Of a stretch of DNA of 53,946 bases, positions 24,802-37,999 are shown one piece after another (the stretch's first letter is position 1; every line of letters begins with the position of its first letter). The stretch comes from Vermamoeba vermiformis (lineage: Eukaryota). Position numbers and translations under genes: made by a program. The notes beneath the pieces are model-generated. The model was not told the DNA's origin. It saw only the letters and a list, made by a program, of their open reading frames with translations, and made no database searches. The stretch spans positions 62,001 to 115,946 of the forward strand of contig JBEWZL010000261.1 in the NCBI GenBank assembly GCA_045837725.1. The letters run 5' to 3'.

Positions 24802-25861
24802 GCTTGATCAAAGTAAAAAAAGTCGATAATCGATCTGTTGCTGTTGCCGTGTTTCGTCATGCAAAAAAAGAATCGATTACACAGAATGACTTGGCAAAAC
24901 AACGTTTTTTTTCTGTGCATTTTCAACCTCGATTGCGAGATCAACCCAAAACAAGCTTTTTTGTGCACAAAACTATTATTTGTTTCGTCTTTTCGTATAT
25001 GAGAGTATCGTATGAGTATATATCACGTTACTAAGTTAGTTAGTTATTGGCCGGTCTACGAATTAATTTACTTCGCTTGACAGATCTGTTGACACTTTTT
25101 TTAAAAATCTAAACAACAATTAATTAAACGACTAAAAACATGTCAACACATGTATGCAAATGAACTGACTAATTTTGACAGTCAATTCGAACGAAGGTTA
25201 AACTCCGGTTTTGCATTCGGATTTCGCAAACGCAACAAAGATTTTGCTGCAGTTACTCCGTTGGTAAGATTTTTTTTCGTTAAATATTTAACTAAATTTG
25301 TGATCAATTTGGCATGCTTATCGCTAGCAAGTGCGGCGGTGACGTGGATGAAGATCCCGCCAAAAATTTTACAGATGCCCTTGAAATTAATTTATGCCAA
25401 GGACCATATCAATAAAAATATCAACAATTAAAATATTAATATCTCTTACTTACATGCTTAATCAAGATAACAAAAACCAATTTAAATTTTCGTTTGTTCT
25501 AAGACTTTTCCTTCACCAACTTAGCACGTACCCAATCCCTATCGTAGTCCTAACAATGGAATATTATTACGCGTGGTTGTGGTTTGTTGAAATGATGGAA
25601 AAACCAATTGAATTATCAACGGCCAGCCGAGGTTGTTGTTTGCTGTGATCTTGGCTTCCTCTTTCTCAGTAATTTACCAATAACGCGTATGCTATACCAT
25701 TTATAGTATAATATATTAGTTGCGTGAACTCCTTGGGGCTCCATTAAAATCAACATGCAATTCAATTAAAAAATCTTCTACCCAGCCCCAAACCAAGCGA
25801 CTATTTAAAATCGAAATCAATCCTTATTTATTCATGGATTAATATAACAATACTTAACAAT

Positions 25862-26563
25862 ATGAAGCCCTTGGTTGCAGTTGTTATTTCGCTCTGCGGA
25901 TTTGCTCTCGTGGCCGGTCGCTACGGATCTGATATTTTGCCGCTATCAGCGTCAGCTTTTGTAGACAACTCACTGCCCAATACTGCCGTATCAGCCTCAA
26001 CAACCTACTCCAAGCTCTGTAAAGGTACGTTCACATCCACAATTTTTTTTCAGTACGAATCTGACGCGCGTTTGTAGGCGATGGAACTACTAGCTGTGGC
26101 TGCTATAATGCTGGTAAAACGCGCGCATACTTCAGATGGGACAATTTGAATACGCTAACGGACAATGCACTGTAGCGACACCGCTGCCTCCTGTAACTAC
26201 ACCTGTTGCACCACCAACAACTCCGCCTGTGGCCGAGCCTGTCAGTGCTCCCGTGGCTGCTCCAGTGAGTGTTCCAATTGCTAGTCCCCCCCCAATTGCA
26301 GTTCCAACAACACAAACCACACCACCTGTAGCCGAACCGAACAACAACGAGCCTGTATCAAACTCTCCAAGCGATGTTTCTGAACCACTGAGCGCTCCAA
26401 CATCGGTTGAAGGTACCTGTTGCTTCGCCAATAGCGTCGAATGTGCCCTCGAAGATCAACGTACCACAAGCTGTTGCTGGCATTGTTTCATCGGCAGCCA
26501 CTACTTGCGGCATGTTCCTCGATTGCAGCATCGATTTTAGTCGCGGGGCTGTTAATTAACTAA
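25862..26563 (+). CDS. Secreted/GPI-anchored Pro-Thr-rich (mucin-like) surface protein, with apparent indels
   Basis: Signal peptide, small Cys domain, PVxxP repeats; hydrophobic end IAASILVAGLLIN* in a shifted frame. Confidence 0.6.
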
Positions 26564-26698
26564 CAACAGCTCCTAAACATTACATTGTAAATAAATGGAC
26601 TTAACTTATTTTCTATCATTTGGTTGCTGTGTTTAGACAAAAAGTAAATTACTAAATTTGGAAAATTCGATTATTGTGTTTACCAGGTTGTAATGAAT

Positions 26699-27736
26699 TT
26701 ATATACAAAGTTGGGCAGCCAGTATTATCGGACAAAATATAATCGACCAATCTGCCATTTTGATATCAAACGCCATCGATATCGTTGCTTTTGGCGTAGT
26801 TGATGGATTTGCAACCGGTACAGCCATCGTTGGTTGAGCAAAAGGCCCCATCATCGGAACATCTCCGTTGATAGGCACATTAGTACTGATAGGACCATTA
26901 GTACTAATTGGAGCATTGATTGGAGCCTCAATAGGGGCAGAGATTGGTGAAGCTACCGGAGCAGATCCGGAAGGACTAACAGATGTGCCTAGACAAACTA
27001 TCTTATCATAAAACCCTCCTGGATCGCCAACGCATTCGGGCGTGGCTGGAAATCGATTCGTTCCGCAAGTAGTGGATCCACCGGCCACATCCGCAACAAG
27101 AGAAACGTTGTTTGTGCAATAAGTCATCGAATAAGCCGTTATCTGGCCACTGCGCGAAGGGTAGTTTATACATGTGTTTGGAGGGGCTATTGATTTTCAT
27201 TATAAGATATTTGTAGAGTAAAATCGGAGCTAAAATTGGCTGATCCAAAAAAGGAAAAATTTCGATATTGTTGCTCGTACTTACCGCCTTTAATAATCGC
27301 ATTTTGATCGGTAAGTTCATCGCAGCTACTAATTCCAGTGTTTTCGACGTTAACGCCAACTTGAGTGTACCACCACATCCAATCAGTTCTCCGATCTGCT
27401 AGCGTTTCTTCAGGAAGGTTCGGAGTAACAGTATAATATTGCCCGTTTGCAGCACTCGTGCAAGAAACAGCTACTAATTCCTAGGGACGATTATTTGATT
27501 AAATTTCAGATCTAACAAAAAAAAAAAAATCAAAAGCTCTTATAATTTCAAATAATAGCGCAGGCGATAATTTAGCTTACCGTAAATTTAGGAGCAGGGT
27601 ACCATACGTAGCCGATAAGATTTTCAGCTGAACAAGAAGATGAGTCGAAAACGCTCACTTTTGAAGCGCAGCTGGCAAAGCCGAGTAATGATAAACATAA
27701 TAATAAGGCGATCAATAATTTCGGAGTAATAACCAT
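26699..27736 (-). CDS. Secreted Cys-rich protein with Pro/Ser/Thr stalk and probable GPI signal, multi-exon
   Basis: MVITPKLLIALLLCLSLLGFASC signal; Cys-rich exons; APIxAPI repeats; hydrophobic end. Confidence 0.7.
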
Positions 27737-28306
27737 CTTAACTGCTTTATGGTCTTTGTCCGAATTAAAAAAAACTAATAAAAAATTGCCAGCGAAAAAC
27801 GGCTATAATAATTCACTAAATGTTACTGAAGGCAACAAATAGCCTCTATGCTTTATAACCAATCGTATTATATTAATTTTACACAATGCGTAGGACCGGT
27901 TGCGATAGATTTTATAAAAATTAAAAAAGAATTGTAAACAGAGGAAAATCCAGTCATAGACTTTAATTGTTCTTAACATTCAATGACATTGTAATAGATA
28001 TAAATATGAGTTACCAAAATGACTGGCGTATAATTGAGCAAAATGAATGTGAGTGCCTACGGCGGAAATCGAATCCGCTTCTCGGCCTTGGCAGCACCGC
28101 GTCATACCAGTAAACTACGTGGGCACCCAAATAATCTCTGAAGCGATAGTAATGTTATCAGTAGCATTATCAACTAAAAAAATCAAAGTTCGTTAGGAAA
28201 TTTAATTTTGGATCCAAAAGTAAAAATAATACTCACCTGAGGTACTTCATATTATTTTATGTCCTTTTGTAGTCTTGAGAAATTTTCAGTCATTGCCGCT
28301 CTTTTT

Positions 28307-30545
28307 TCATTTATCGCTATTATCGTTGAGTTTTTGTCGCTTCATCTCATTCATCTCGCGTTTCTTCAAGCTGGCTTTACGCTTCCAATGCGATTTCGAA
28401 GAATTATGCACATCCCACTCGTGTTGACCATTAAGCACTTTGTTGCATATAACGCATTCATATTTCTTCCATTCTTGTTTCTCTGACGCCTCATCCGAAC
28501 TCAAAACTTTGTTCCATTCAACCGCTGAATTCTCAAGGAACGCTAAAAAAGGAAATAAAGTAAGTCACGTGATTTTCTAAATAAGGAAATACCGTATGTC
28601 CGATCTTTTGGACAGGTTCGTTCTTCTCAGAGGCAACTTTTTGTTTCCAAATTAGGAAATAAAATAAACTTCGAGTGTCATGCACGATCGACGTACCTTT
28701 GCAAATATTTATGGCGGGAACGCAAACGTTCGCGTCCCAATTGGGCAGTTCAGTCGCATCTAAGCAATAAATCGGGGTTCGTGTGACACTCGCCAATCTG
28801 TTCTTGATCCACGTGGTTTGTTTTCGCGCGTAATGTCGCGTGTTAGATTTGAGTTGTTTGAGACACTCTGACAGCACTTCATTCAAACTTTCATCGCGTG
28901 CAATCTCGTCACTTGACACGTTTTTCGTCTTTTCCAAATATGGTGCGAACTCTTTGTACCCTACCCGCACAAGAAATTAGCAAATTTAATCAAAATATCA
29001 TAAAAACTAAAAAAGTACAAGTCGAAACGAATACTATTTTCGTAATTATTAAGTCCCTAAATAGATAGTATAGAAAGCACTCAATGCGTACCAATCGACT
29101 GAAACACTCCTTTCGTGAATTCAATTGGCACTCCTGTCTGCACGAACAAATCACGCAGTTGTAACACTTCTTGGACGAGTTCACGCTGATAAGCAAAAAA
29201 ACGTCAGAATTAGCTCACAATAATCATACCCAATTATAAGCCGTAAATTTCATAGTCCCCGTTTCTTTTCACCAGAGATCCGCTCGAAAAAAAAAGGTCG
29301 GGCAATTTTGAATGGTGGATAGTAATCAAATACAAAGAAAGTCCTTTAATTAAAGCTCAAAGTAGTTTTGCTCAATCGTGTTGAGCACTTACTTGCACCA
29401 TCTGATCAATGCGTTGGTCCAACCTTTCACCGAGCACTTCAAGCTTGGCTTTGGGCCACAAAATGCACGCGTCAAATGCGCGCACGTGTTCGTGTTTGAG
29501 CTGCTTGCTGTGCAACTCACCTGTGGTCAGTAACACCTACAAAAAATGCATGATTAATATTGGTATAATAATAGCAGCAATCCAATCGTATAAAATAAAA
29601 AAAATGTCACGAATAGTTAAATTCGTAGAAGGTAAAATTTTGACTGCACGAAATGCACGTAAGATAATTTTTGTTTTGAATAAAACTTTCACTAGATTTT
29701 TTGAAGTATTATTACAGTTAATACTTTGACCGTTGTAACTTACGTGCAAAGATCTAATAATTTTGCGGAAATCATTCGGATGAAGTTTTAATGCACGAGC
29801 TGGATCTATTCGCTCGAGTACTTTGAACAGCTGGTCACGTGGTATTTGTTCGAGCAATTGTTGCAAATGTTCTTCTTGTTCGTTTTTAACCCGTTTATAA
29901 ATATTATTGAGGTTCAGTGGCTCTTTGTTGATTATTTCAAGCAGATCTGATAGCGTGCAAGGTGGTACTTTGTCACCAATTTTTTGGTCTTCAGATGCAT
30001 GTTGCTGGTCTTGGGTCATATACAGGTTTGATACAAGCAGACCCTCTATATACTGATGGGTACCACCGACTAATATAGGCAATTTGCCTCGTGACAGAAT
30101 GTCATCAATAGCGGATCTTGCAGCAGCAATAAACTTCGATACATTGAACCAAGTATCTGTTGGCTCGACAATATCGATCATATGATGCGATATCTATTAA
30201 TAGTATTATATAAGCCTACAATTATGTTTAAAGATTGCTGCTGACTTACGCCATCTGCTTCATCGGGTGTCACTTTGTTTGTCGCTATGCTGACTTGCTA
30301 ATAATTTTAAATTTATTAATATATTAATAATCACACGTTTTTGTATTATTTTTGCAATGAAAATATGCAGTAGAAATTTTTAAAATTTTGTTTGGAATAT
30401 TTACCTTGTAGATCTGCATTGAATCGCACGAAACTACTTCACCATTGAATTTCTTTGCGAGAGCAACTCCTAATTTGGTTTTTCCGACCCCTGTTGAGCC
30501 AACAACGACGAGCATTTTTGGTTTTTGAAGATCTTTTGCCTCCAT
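28307..30545 (-). CDS. TRIT1: tRNA dimethylallyltransferase (TRIT1/MOD5-like) with C-terminal C2H2 zinc finger
   Basis: GSTGVGKT P-loop, [49 protein letters not shown]...HNSSKSH. Confidence 0.93.
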
Positions 30546-30949
30546 TACGAACTAATCTCCGTCTCCGAGCTCTAATTAATCAATTTCGCTATGTACATAC
30601 ATATAGTACGGTATTCAATTAATTTATGTCATGAGGTCCTGTTGCGGGTTGCAAAAAATATTAGTTCTGTTATTTTACAAAGAAAGAAGCACTATAAATA
30701 CGTAGGCCATACGTAGTTAGTACTGCAGATAATGTACTAATCTTGTTAGTGTTTTTTTCGTAATAATCTAATATTATTGAAGGACTTGTACAAATACTAC
30801 TGATGCCAAATCCGCTTCTCACCGGATAATTACGCACCACCTCACATTTAATGGAGAAAAATACATGAACTGCTTATATTTTATTAGCCATCGTCAATCA
30901 TAAATTATAATCTATAGGATTGGCTTGTAGTTCAAGGAAATCGGTCGAT

Positions 30950-31756
30950 CTAAGGACGAGGAGTTCCAGGAGGGCAAACGTTCTGTCCACAAATGTCATT
31001 CTCGCATACTCTGACGACAGTGTTCGCAGGAATGTCGTTGGCGCTCAATCCGGGGTTTAGCTCCTCAAATCTGGGACCATTAATGCTGAATCTGGCAAAC
31101 AAAGTCATAGTGGTCCAGTTGCGTCCGGTGGTAGTCAAGCATCGGTTAGTTCTAGGAGGAAGAGTGCATCCAGTGCAAATGCATGTTTGAGATCGAGCGT
31201 AGTGTTCTTTAACATCGCGAAGTTGGTTCAATCCGCCAGTAATAATACGAAGAGCTGAGCCAAGTTGTTCAGTATCAGCAAATCTGTTCAAATTGTTTCT
31301 AGTCCAGATCCAAGTGGCGGTTTTAATAGCCCAAGGCATTTCAGAAACAAGATCAGGATTGGAAACGAAATCCTGTCCCAAAGCTTGACTTGCGGCTTGA
31401 TAGTTAAACTTGTCCTGCATTCTGAAAGCACCTCGACCACGGAAAGCGCAGCCTCCATCGTAGTGTCTGCACATAGTAGTATTGGCTTCAGTCCACTGAA
31501 TAAATCTGCCTGTCAAACTTCCAGCAAGAGCCAAGAACATTCTAATGCGAGGCAATGTATCAATATTGGCCTCAGTCAATGCAGCATTCATATGAGGCAA
31601 GTAGCTGGAGATTCTCGCATCTCTTTCGTGCCAAGCTTCCAAAACTGGAGGATACAAACAGTTCATTTGGTCCAAAGTAATATTAACTCTGGCCTGAGCC
31701 TCGGTAATAAATACACCTAAGGCAACGAGCAAAGTTACAACAATAATCGCTCGCAT
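30950..31756 (-). CDS. Secreted GH19 chitinase/endolysin-like protein lacking the catalytic Glu, with C-terminal LysM-like domain; intronless
   Basis: Signal peptide; MFLA, FRGRG, NY, NPDLV, IITGGLN motifs of GH19; ELNPGLSANDIPANTVVRV resembles LysM. Confidence 0.8.
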   Translation of the reverse strand: MRAIIVVTLLVALGVFITEAQARVNITLDQMNCLYPPVLEAWHERDARISSYLPHMNAALTEANIDTLPRIRMFLALAGSLTGRFIQWTEANTTMCRHYDGGCAFRGRGAFRMQDKFNYQAASQALGQDFVSNPDLVSEMPWAIKTATWIWTRNNLNRFADTEQLGSALRIITGGLNQLRDVKEHYARSQTCICTGCTLPPRTNRCLTTTGRNWTTMTLFARFSINGPRFEELNPGLSANDIPANTVVRVCENDICGQNVCPPGTPRP

Positions 31757-32002
31757 GGTGTTCAACGCAGAAAAAATACGAAAATCATTATCGCAGCTCT
31801 AGAAACTTCCAACAAGAACACTTTGACAGCTGTGGGACATTTATCGCATGAAATCTAGGGTTAAGAGCATACGCATGCGTATATACGAAGAAGCAAAAGG
31901 GTATTCTTGATTTGATTCCAAACCGAAACGGGATCGAGATCACAAAATGGTATTTGCTTGTCGCATATCTTTAATTTAGTTACAATAGTGCTAAATATAC
32001 GA

Positions 32003-34716
32003 TTACTTCTTGAAATCAAAGACACCAGTTTGAATTTCAGTGTCCGAGACCTCACCAGTATCAATTCGTCTGAACGACTCTTGTACGAGGCCCTTCGAGA
32101 AGATGTACAAGCACCAGCGACGCATTTCATTAGGAGCACTATCAACTAAGCCAGCTGAGATCATCTTCTTGTAGTTATCGCCGCCAGGACGATCGACCAA
32201 GTAACCTAACCATAAGACAGGTCGATCTCCGTGAGCCAAGACGAGATCGCGTGTAGCATCAGCTTGCAATTGTCTGTCGAGTCTATCGCGGTCATTACCG
32301 AAGTGGACGGTGATCAAGCCAAGTTCTTTGCCGTTCACATCCAGAACAGCGTCGATCAGACACGCGATCTCACCTTCCGGTGAAGGCAAGTTATATCGAT
32401 GAGCACGCTCTAATAGGAGGTTAGTAAATATACTCTAGCTTCTATTGAGTAGGTCTACGTACTGATAGGGAAAGCAGATAATAAACCACAGCCCCAAGTG
32501 TTGTTCATTGTAGAAGATCCATAGTCCGAGTACACGTGCATCTTGTCTTCAAACCTGAACAATAACATTAGCATAAACAAGTACTAATGTATATAGCAAT
32601 ATAGCCGTACCATTCCATAAAGTCTCTGTTACCCATGTAAAGACGAGCTGCATCCGTTTCGACGAGAGCAATGATGTTAGCACCACTGTTGTGGATCATC
32701 TAATAGATACAATTAGCTTATTAAGTCATAAATGTATAGTAGCTGGGACTTACATCCAACATTTGATCGTTGCTAGGCCAGCCCAAGTTGTCATAGCCAA
32801 AGTGCGTGGCCCAAACCATGCCGCGGATCTTGGTCTTGTCGAGGTAAGTGTCGTAGTTCTGGTAGTTTTGGGCGCGTTTGTAAACTGCAGGGGCGATGAC
32901 AACAGCGGAGATGATGAGCAAGGAAATAATAACGCGAGAAGGAGGCAAAATTCCAGTACTGCGCTTTGGAGTAGTAGGTTGTCCGCGAGATCCGGAAGTA
33001 GCAAGACCCAAACCGACGAGGGCAATGAAGACCATTTCGTTGGTCATTTCTCGGACGTAAGGACCGCCAGGCACGAAGTTGTAAGCAACAGTCCAAACAA
33101 CAGCCAACAACTAAAAAATTATGGTATTAATTGCTGGGCTTTCGCTTGTGCATTAAAAGGAGAAGGTTGGATTAATGAATGATATGTTCGTAAATAAAAT
33201 ATTTGCACGAGCGACAAAAAAACAAGTTCAGATGACTTACGAAGAAAACATAAGTAAGACCAGCAATAAGAGTAGTGCTACCAGGACGAGAGTTCAACGA
33301 AACATCTTCGATGGTCGAAGGCCACAAAGCAAAGATGTAGAAGAGCATAAAGTACGCGAGTTCAATTCTCGGTGTGGGACCGACAACACTCAACACTGCT
33401 GTGACGAGAGTAGCGAGGTAGAACACCCAAGATCTATAGTTTTGATAGTAGCCGGTAAGTACTTGATAATGCACGATAGCATATTGATACAACGTACCTA
33501 ACAAGGCCACGAGCATTGGAGAAAAGTAGACCGAGGACCATAGTTCCAATGACTCCAAGACCGTAAGGGAATGGATGCACATCGTAGTTTCGAGGCAAAA
33601 CAGCGTGAGAGGTCAAGAAGAAGTTGGTCAAGAAGAACAATAAGCCAAAACCGACGCCAAAGCGCAAAGTTTTGCCGACGGATGTGGCGGGATCGGGGTA
33701 AGCAACATCTGTTAAATCGCTTAGTATCCGAATAATTACTCGTGCAAATAATATTACGAATATTAGTATAGTATTTTTTCAACTATTTGAACTTACCAGC
33801 GGCTTCATAAGCGGTGGAGTCCTTTGAAATGATAAATGAGCTCAACACGCCCAGAACCAAAGCGGCGATGTTAGTCTCCTTCAAATAATAGATAGGGTTG
33901 ATAGTGCAAAGAGCAAATCGACCAGAAATCAAGCAGAGCAGGCCGAGCATGTGCGCATAAACTTTGGCAATGATTAGATCGGATCAATTCTTTGCACAGA
34001 AGTTGTCGTTTGATACATACCAGCACGATTTCTTCTATGAAGAATTAGGGTTCCATAACATAGCCCATTGCACCATTAGACCAGTAGCAACACCCAAGCC
34101 CAAGATAATGGATCGAGCGTTCAACTCGTTTACCAGGTAGGCATTGATTCCGACTAAAGTGCTAGCATATGCAATACCTACGCATAGTTAGATGACAATG
34201 TCATACGTTAAGCATTGTAAGACATAATTATTCTAAGATCTGACGTCTATTTTTCAGATGAGTCTATCTGCCGTGCCGTACCTTGATGATTATAGATGAA
34301 TTTTCTGAATTTTTTAATGCCCAAGAAAACACCAAAGGCCATGAGTCCGAGCATGACTTCCTTGCCAGTGAGGCCCATCTCGACTAACGGGAAGAACCAT
34401 AGCGTGGCAGGAAATTCAAGGATAGTACTCCAAAAAATAAAGGCTATAATGTTAGATATTAATGCACGAATTATATAAACAACGTGTCGTTGCGACGCGC
34501 AAAAAAATTTTCATTAATTTCAAAAAAAAACCCAGCAGCTTGTTTGAGCGAACTATGAAAAGATTTGAAATAAGAGGCGATATTTTAATTGTTAATAAAG
34601 ACGTTATTATGTGAAATTACGGAGCGGATGGGATATTTTTGCTTACCCAAGAAAATCTCGCTGAAGAAGCCAGCGTAAGGATAGCTATTGAAGCCTGCTG
34701 TCTTCTTTGAGTTCAT
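32003..34716 (-). CDS. CWH43: PGAP2-interacting protein / CWH43-like GPI lipid-remodelling protein, multi-exon
   Basis: Many TM exons, then an EEP-type domain: WATHFGYDN, ETDAAR, NTWGCGLLS, LPSPEGEIA, VHFGN, DRQLQ. Confidence 0.88.
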
Positions 34717-34872
34717 TGTGGGGCTCTTATGAAAATTAATACAAAAAAAAGCTGGTCCGTGCATGCACAAATTAATTACTGGTCACTTTTTTTTCATGAA
34801 CGAGAGCTAGTTAGCACAAACTTATTAACGTAACTAAATGCAATAGCAAGACACCATTATTATTGGTATTTT

Positions 34873-35869
34873 ATGGATTTGCTGCCGACTGAATTGAAGG
34901 ATCTCATTCTTTCATATTGTGATGATAATTCGCTAGGTTTGACGCTTCCTTGCGTGGCAAAATTATATAAAAATATTACGGAAGATAATGGTGCGTTGTG
35001 GAAGAGTAAATGTTTCAACAAATATCGAGACGATCTAGATGTCGCTCCTAAGCCGCCAAATAAATCGTGGAAGCAATTCTATTTCTCAGGTACGTATTTT
35101 GGTGTGCGAATGTGGCAGCAATTTCGAGATTAGCACTTCTCTAACAGTTAATAACAGATCAAATAAAATTATTTCCGTTGTATGGGTTTACAATAGGCCA
35201 TGCGACATTCGAAGAGCTTTCTAAGGCACCAAATGCGACTGTGGGAACTTCAGCAGGGTCACCACTAACTTTGTTTGCATAAACGGCGTCAATTTCTGGT
35301 GTAGTAAGTTCCGGAACAATACTTTCTATCGAATGTATTTAGTGCAAGGCCTATATGTTATTCCTAAGTAAGTCAATTAATGTCGTGCTTTATCAATATA
35401 GAACGAGTTACTGGGTTTTACCGCATTCGTTAAAAGAAGTAGATTTGCTCGATTATTGATTTTTCTTATTGCAGGGAGTGGCAAGACTTCGGAATAGTTT
35501 GGAATAAATCGTGGAATGAGTATAAAAGGTTTTTCAAGAAATGGAACAAAAATTACAAAGTTGAAACAGCGCCACATTACAAGGACTTTTTGGATCGACG
35601 ATGCTTTTCTGCGTCTATTACTTCGATAGCCAAGGAAGAAAGCGACGTTACTTACCAAATACAGCTTGATTTTGGGTACACGGAAGGCAAGTAGCGAATG
35701 TCGGGTCATTGCAAGATCCACCTCTTCAAAGTTTTAGCACGAAATTAAACTGATTATTTACATAGGCAACGAGGATTCAAAAGACACATTGTATAGCATT
35801 ACAATAATGTCATATAGAGACGACGGAGAATACGAAAGACGATTTAACGAACAGCGGATCGACGAGTAA
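34873..35869 (+). CDS. F-box protein, multi-exon
   Basis: LLPTELKDLILSYC...VAK...LWKSKC...SWKQFY. Confidence 0.75.
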
Positions 35870-35931
35870 AAGATTTAAAATCGAAACAATTGGTTTATTT
35901 GTAAACAAAGCATGCTTAAGGATTATAGTTC

Positions 35932-37896
35932 TTAAACAAATTTAACTTGGAGGTCACTATGCGTTGGAACCCAAAACTTGACTTCATTCGAGTCAGATGC
36001 CGTCACAAGCAAGTCTACTTGCGGATGTATCGTCGCGAAGTTAACTAAGTATTCATTAGTACGTAATTCGTAATCGATCATTGAAGACTTACGTAATTTA
36101 TCGTGAGCTTTAAATTGATGCATAATATTCTCAGAGTGCTTGTGTACAAACGTTAATTTTCCATCACCAGATCCGCTACAAATAATTTGTTCGCCAAGTG
36201 CGAAAGAAGGATGGACTATAAACATATCCTTGACTCGTCCAACGACCCACGAACTAATCTTTGTCATTGTTTTCAAGTCCCATAAATGCGTTTCAATTTC
36301 GTCGACGACGGCATCATTGCTCTATTAAGAAAAATAATATTAATTAATTATCAGATATATTATTTAAGGCATGAAGTTGATTGTTTTATGGTACTTACGG
36401 GGTTAGTAAAGTTGCGGACGTTGATAAGCAACTGCTCTTCATTTTCTGAGAAACAAAAGCCGATAATGTGACCACTCTCTTGAATAACTTTACAATCCTT
36501 TCGGAGAGTTGGTTCAGGTTGAACTTTTTCCTTCTAAAATTTAATCATAAGTATGGATATAATGCGAAAATTGGATCCGATCCACGATTTTCTTTTGTTT
36601 ACTTACCTCATCATCGTCAGAGTCATAAATATACTCCCCAGTGTTTTCATCAATCACAGGTGGCTTAAAAGGAATAGAGCGCTTTTTTAATTGCTCCACT
36701 TCGACTAGCCACAATTCATCAAGCAGATCGATGTCCTGGCTGTTTGGAGAAGCAGTAGCTCCGGCCATATAGGTCTTTTTAGGACTTAATATATTAAAAT
36801 GAAGCGAGTTAGGGGAGCTTTGAATGATAGACCGCCAGACTTGGGTTTTCGTTGCCACATCCATCAACTGCATTGTCATGACCATTGTACCATCACTAGT
36901 TCTCTTATAATACACAGCTTCGATATTAAAATTAGTAAGCGTACTATCTAATACGAATAGAGATTATTTTTGGAACTTACAATGCAACATCTGCTCGTTG
37001 TTGAGCCATCCAGCGTAACAATCAAATAACGCGACTCTAACGTGGATTGAATCACTCCAATCTTTCATCGCCAGTCCTACCGCTGAATCACCGCTCATAG
37101 TGCAGATAAGGTGGTCTGAATTAGGGGACCATTCGTGTCTTGTGATTGAATCGAGGTAAGTGCGAGTGAAGACCTCTTCTACTGTGAGGACGCTATGAAA
37201 GAATCTCATTAATAATATTGTTCAAATTATAAACATAGTTCAGTCTTTGTAAAAATAGTTTGACGGAAGATCTTCTGAATCCAGAATAAGGGTATTGTAA
37301 ATTGGGAGATGGCATTAATATTTAAAATAAACTTAATTAAAGTGCACAATTTAAATCGCTTACGGGGTTGGTTCGTGTTGGATGTTCAACTTCCAAATTT
37401 TCAAGGCTCCAGCTTTGTCGGAACTGGCGAGGTATTGACCGTCAGGGCTGAAACTGATTTGCCACGCCTCGTCGTATGTTTTGTGCGTATGAAGAAGCTT
37501 CCAACTGCGATACAAGGCGCTTTTTTTGTAAAGTGTCGCGAAAGGTAGATTTGGTAAAGGTCCGTTCTCTTTCAATTCGATGAAATCTCGATGATACATG
37601 TGCTTCCATATATAGTCTTCCTTATGAAAGTGACTCCATGCTTTGCAAACGGTGTCTAAATGTCAGAAAAATATTTAGAATTTAATTTTTTCATATATTA
37701 TCTGCAAATTATAATAATAAATGAAATTGATTGCCAGTAGGAATAGTTTAATTTAAGATATAATGGAATTATTTAGTGCAAAATTGAACAGAATCTGGTA
37801 CGGACTTGCTCGCAAGAACGATCTCCAATCCAAGAAGTGAAACACTAACGCGAGTATTTCATTAGACATATGCTCTATTCCAACCACTTTCTCCAT
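35932..37896 (-). CDS. F-box/WD40 protein (FBXW5-like), multi-exon
   Basis: MSNEILALVFHFLD...VCKAW F-box; WD repeats ISFSPDGQYLASS...KIW, SGSGDG, TASDSNEVKFW. Confidence 0.82.
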
Positions 37897-37999
37897 TTTA
37901 ATGGTATTTGTTTGTGGAGCAGCTTGCGTGAAGTTTAGTAAACTCAACAAAGACGGGACGAGATTTTTTTTTTCACAAACCAATTTTATTTATAGCACA

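Noticed and set aside
25140-25648. Possible small spliced gene
   Set aside because: Splice-like signals exist, but I could not build a consistent frame or recognise a product.
31265-33501. Antisense ORFs of 100-160 aa over the GH19 and CWH43-like genes (and similar shadows elsewhere)
   Set aside because: They are reverse-frame shadows of well-supported genes and contain no recognisable motifs.
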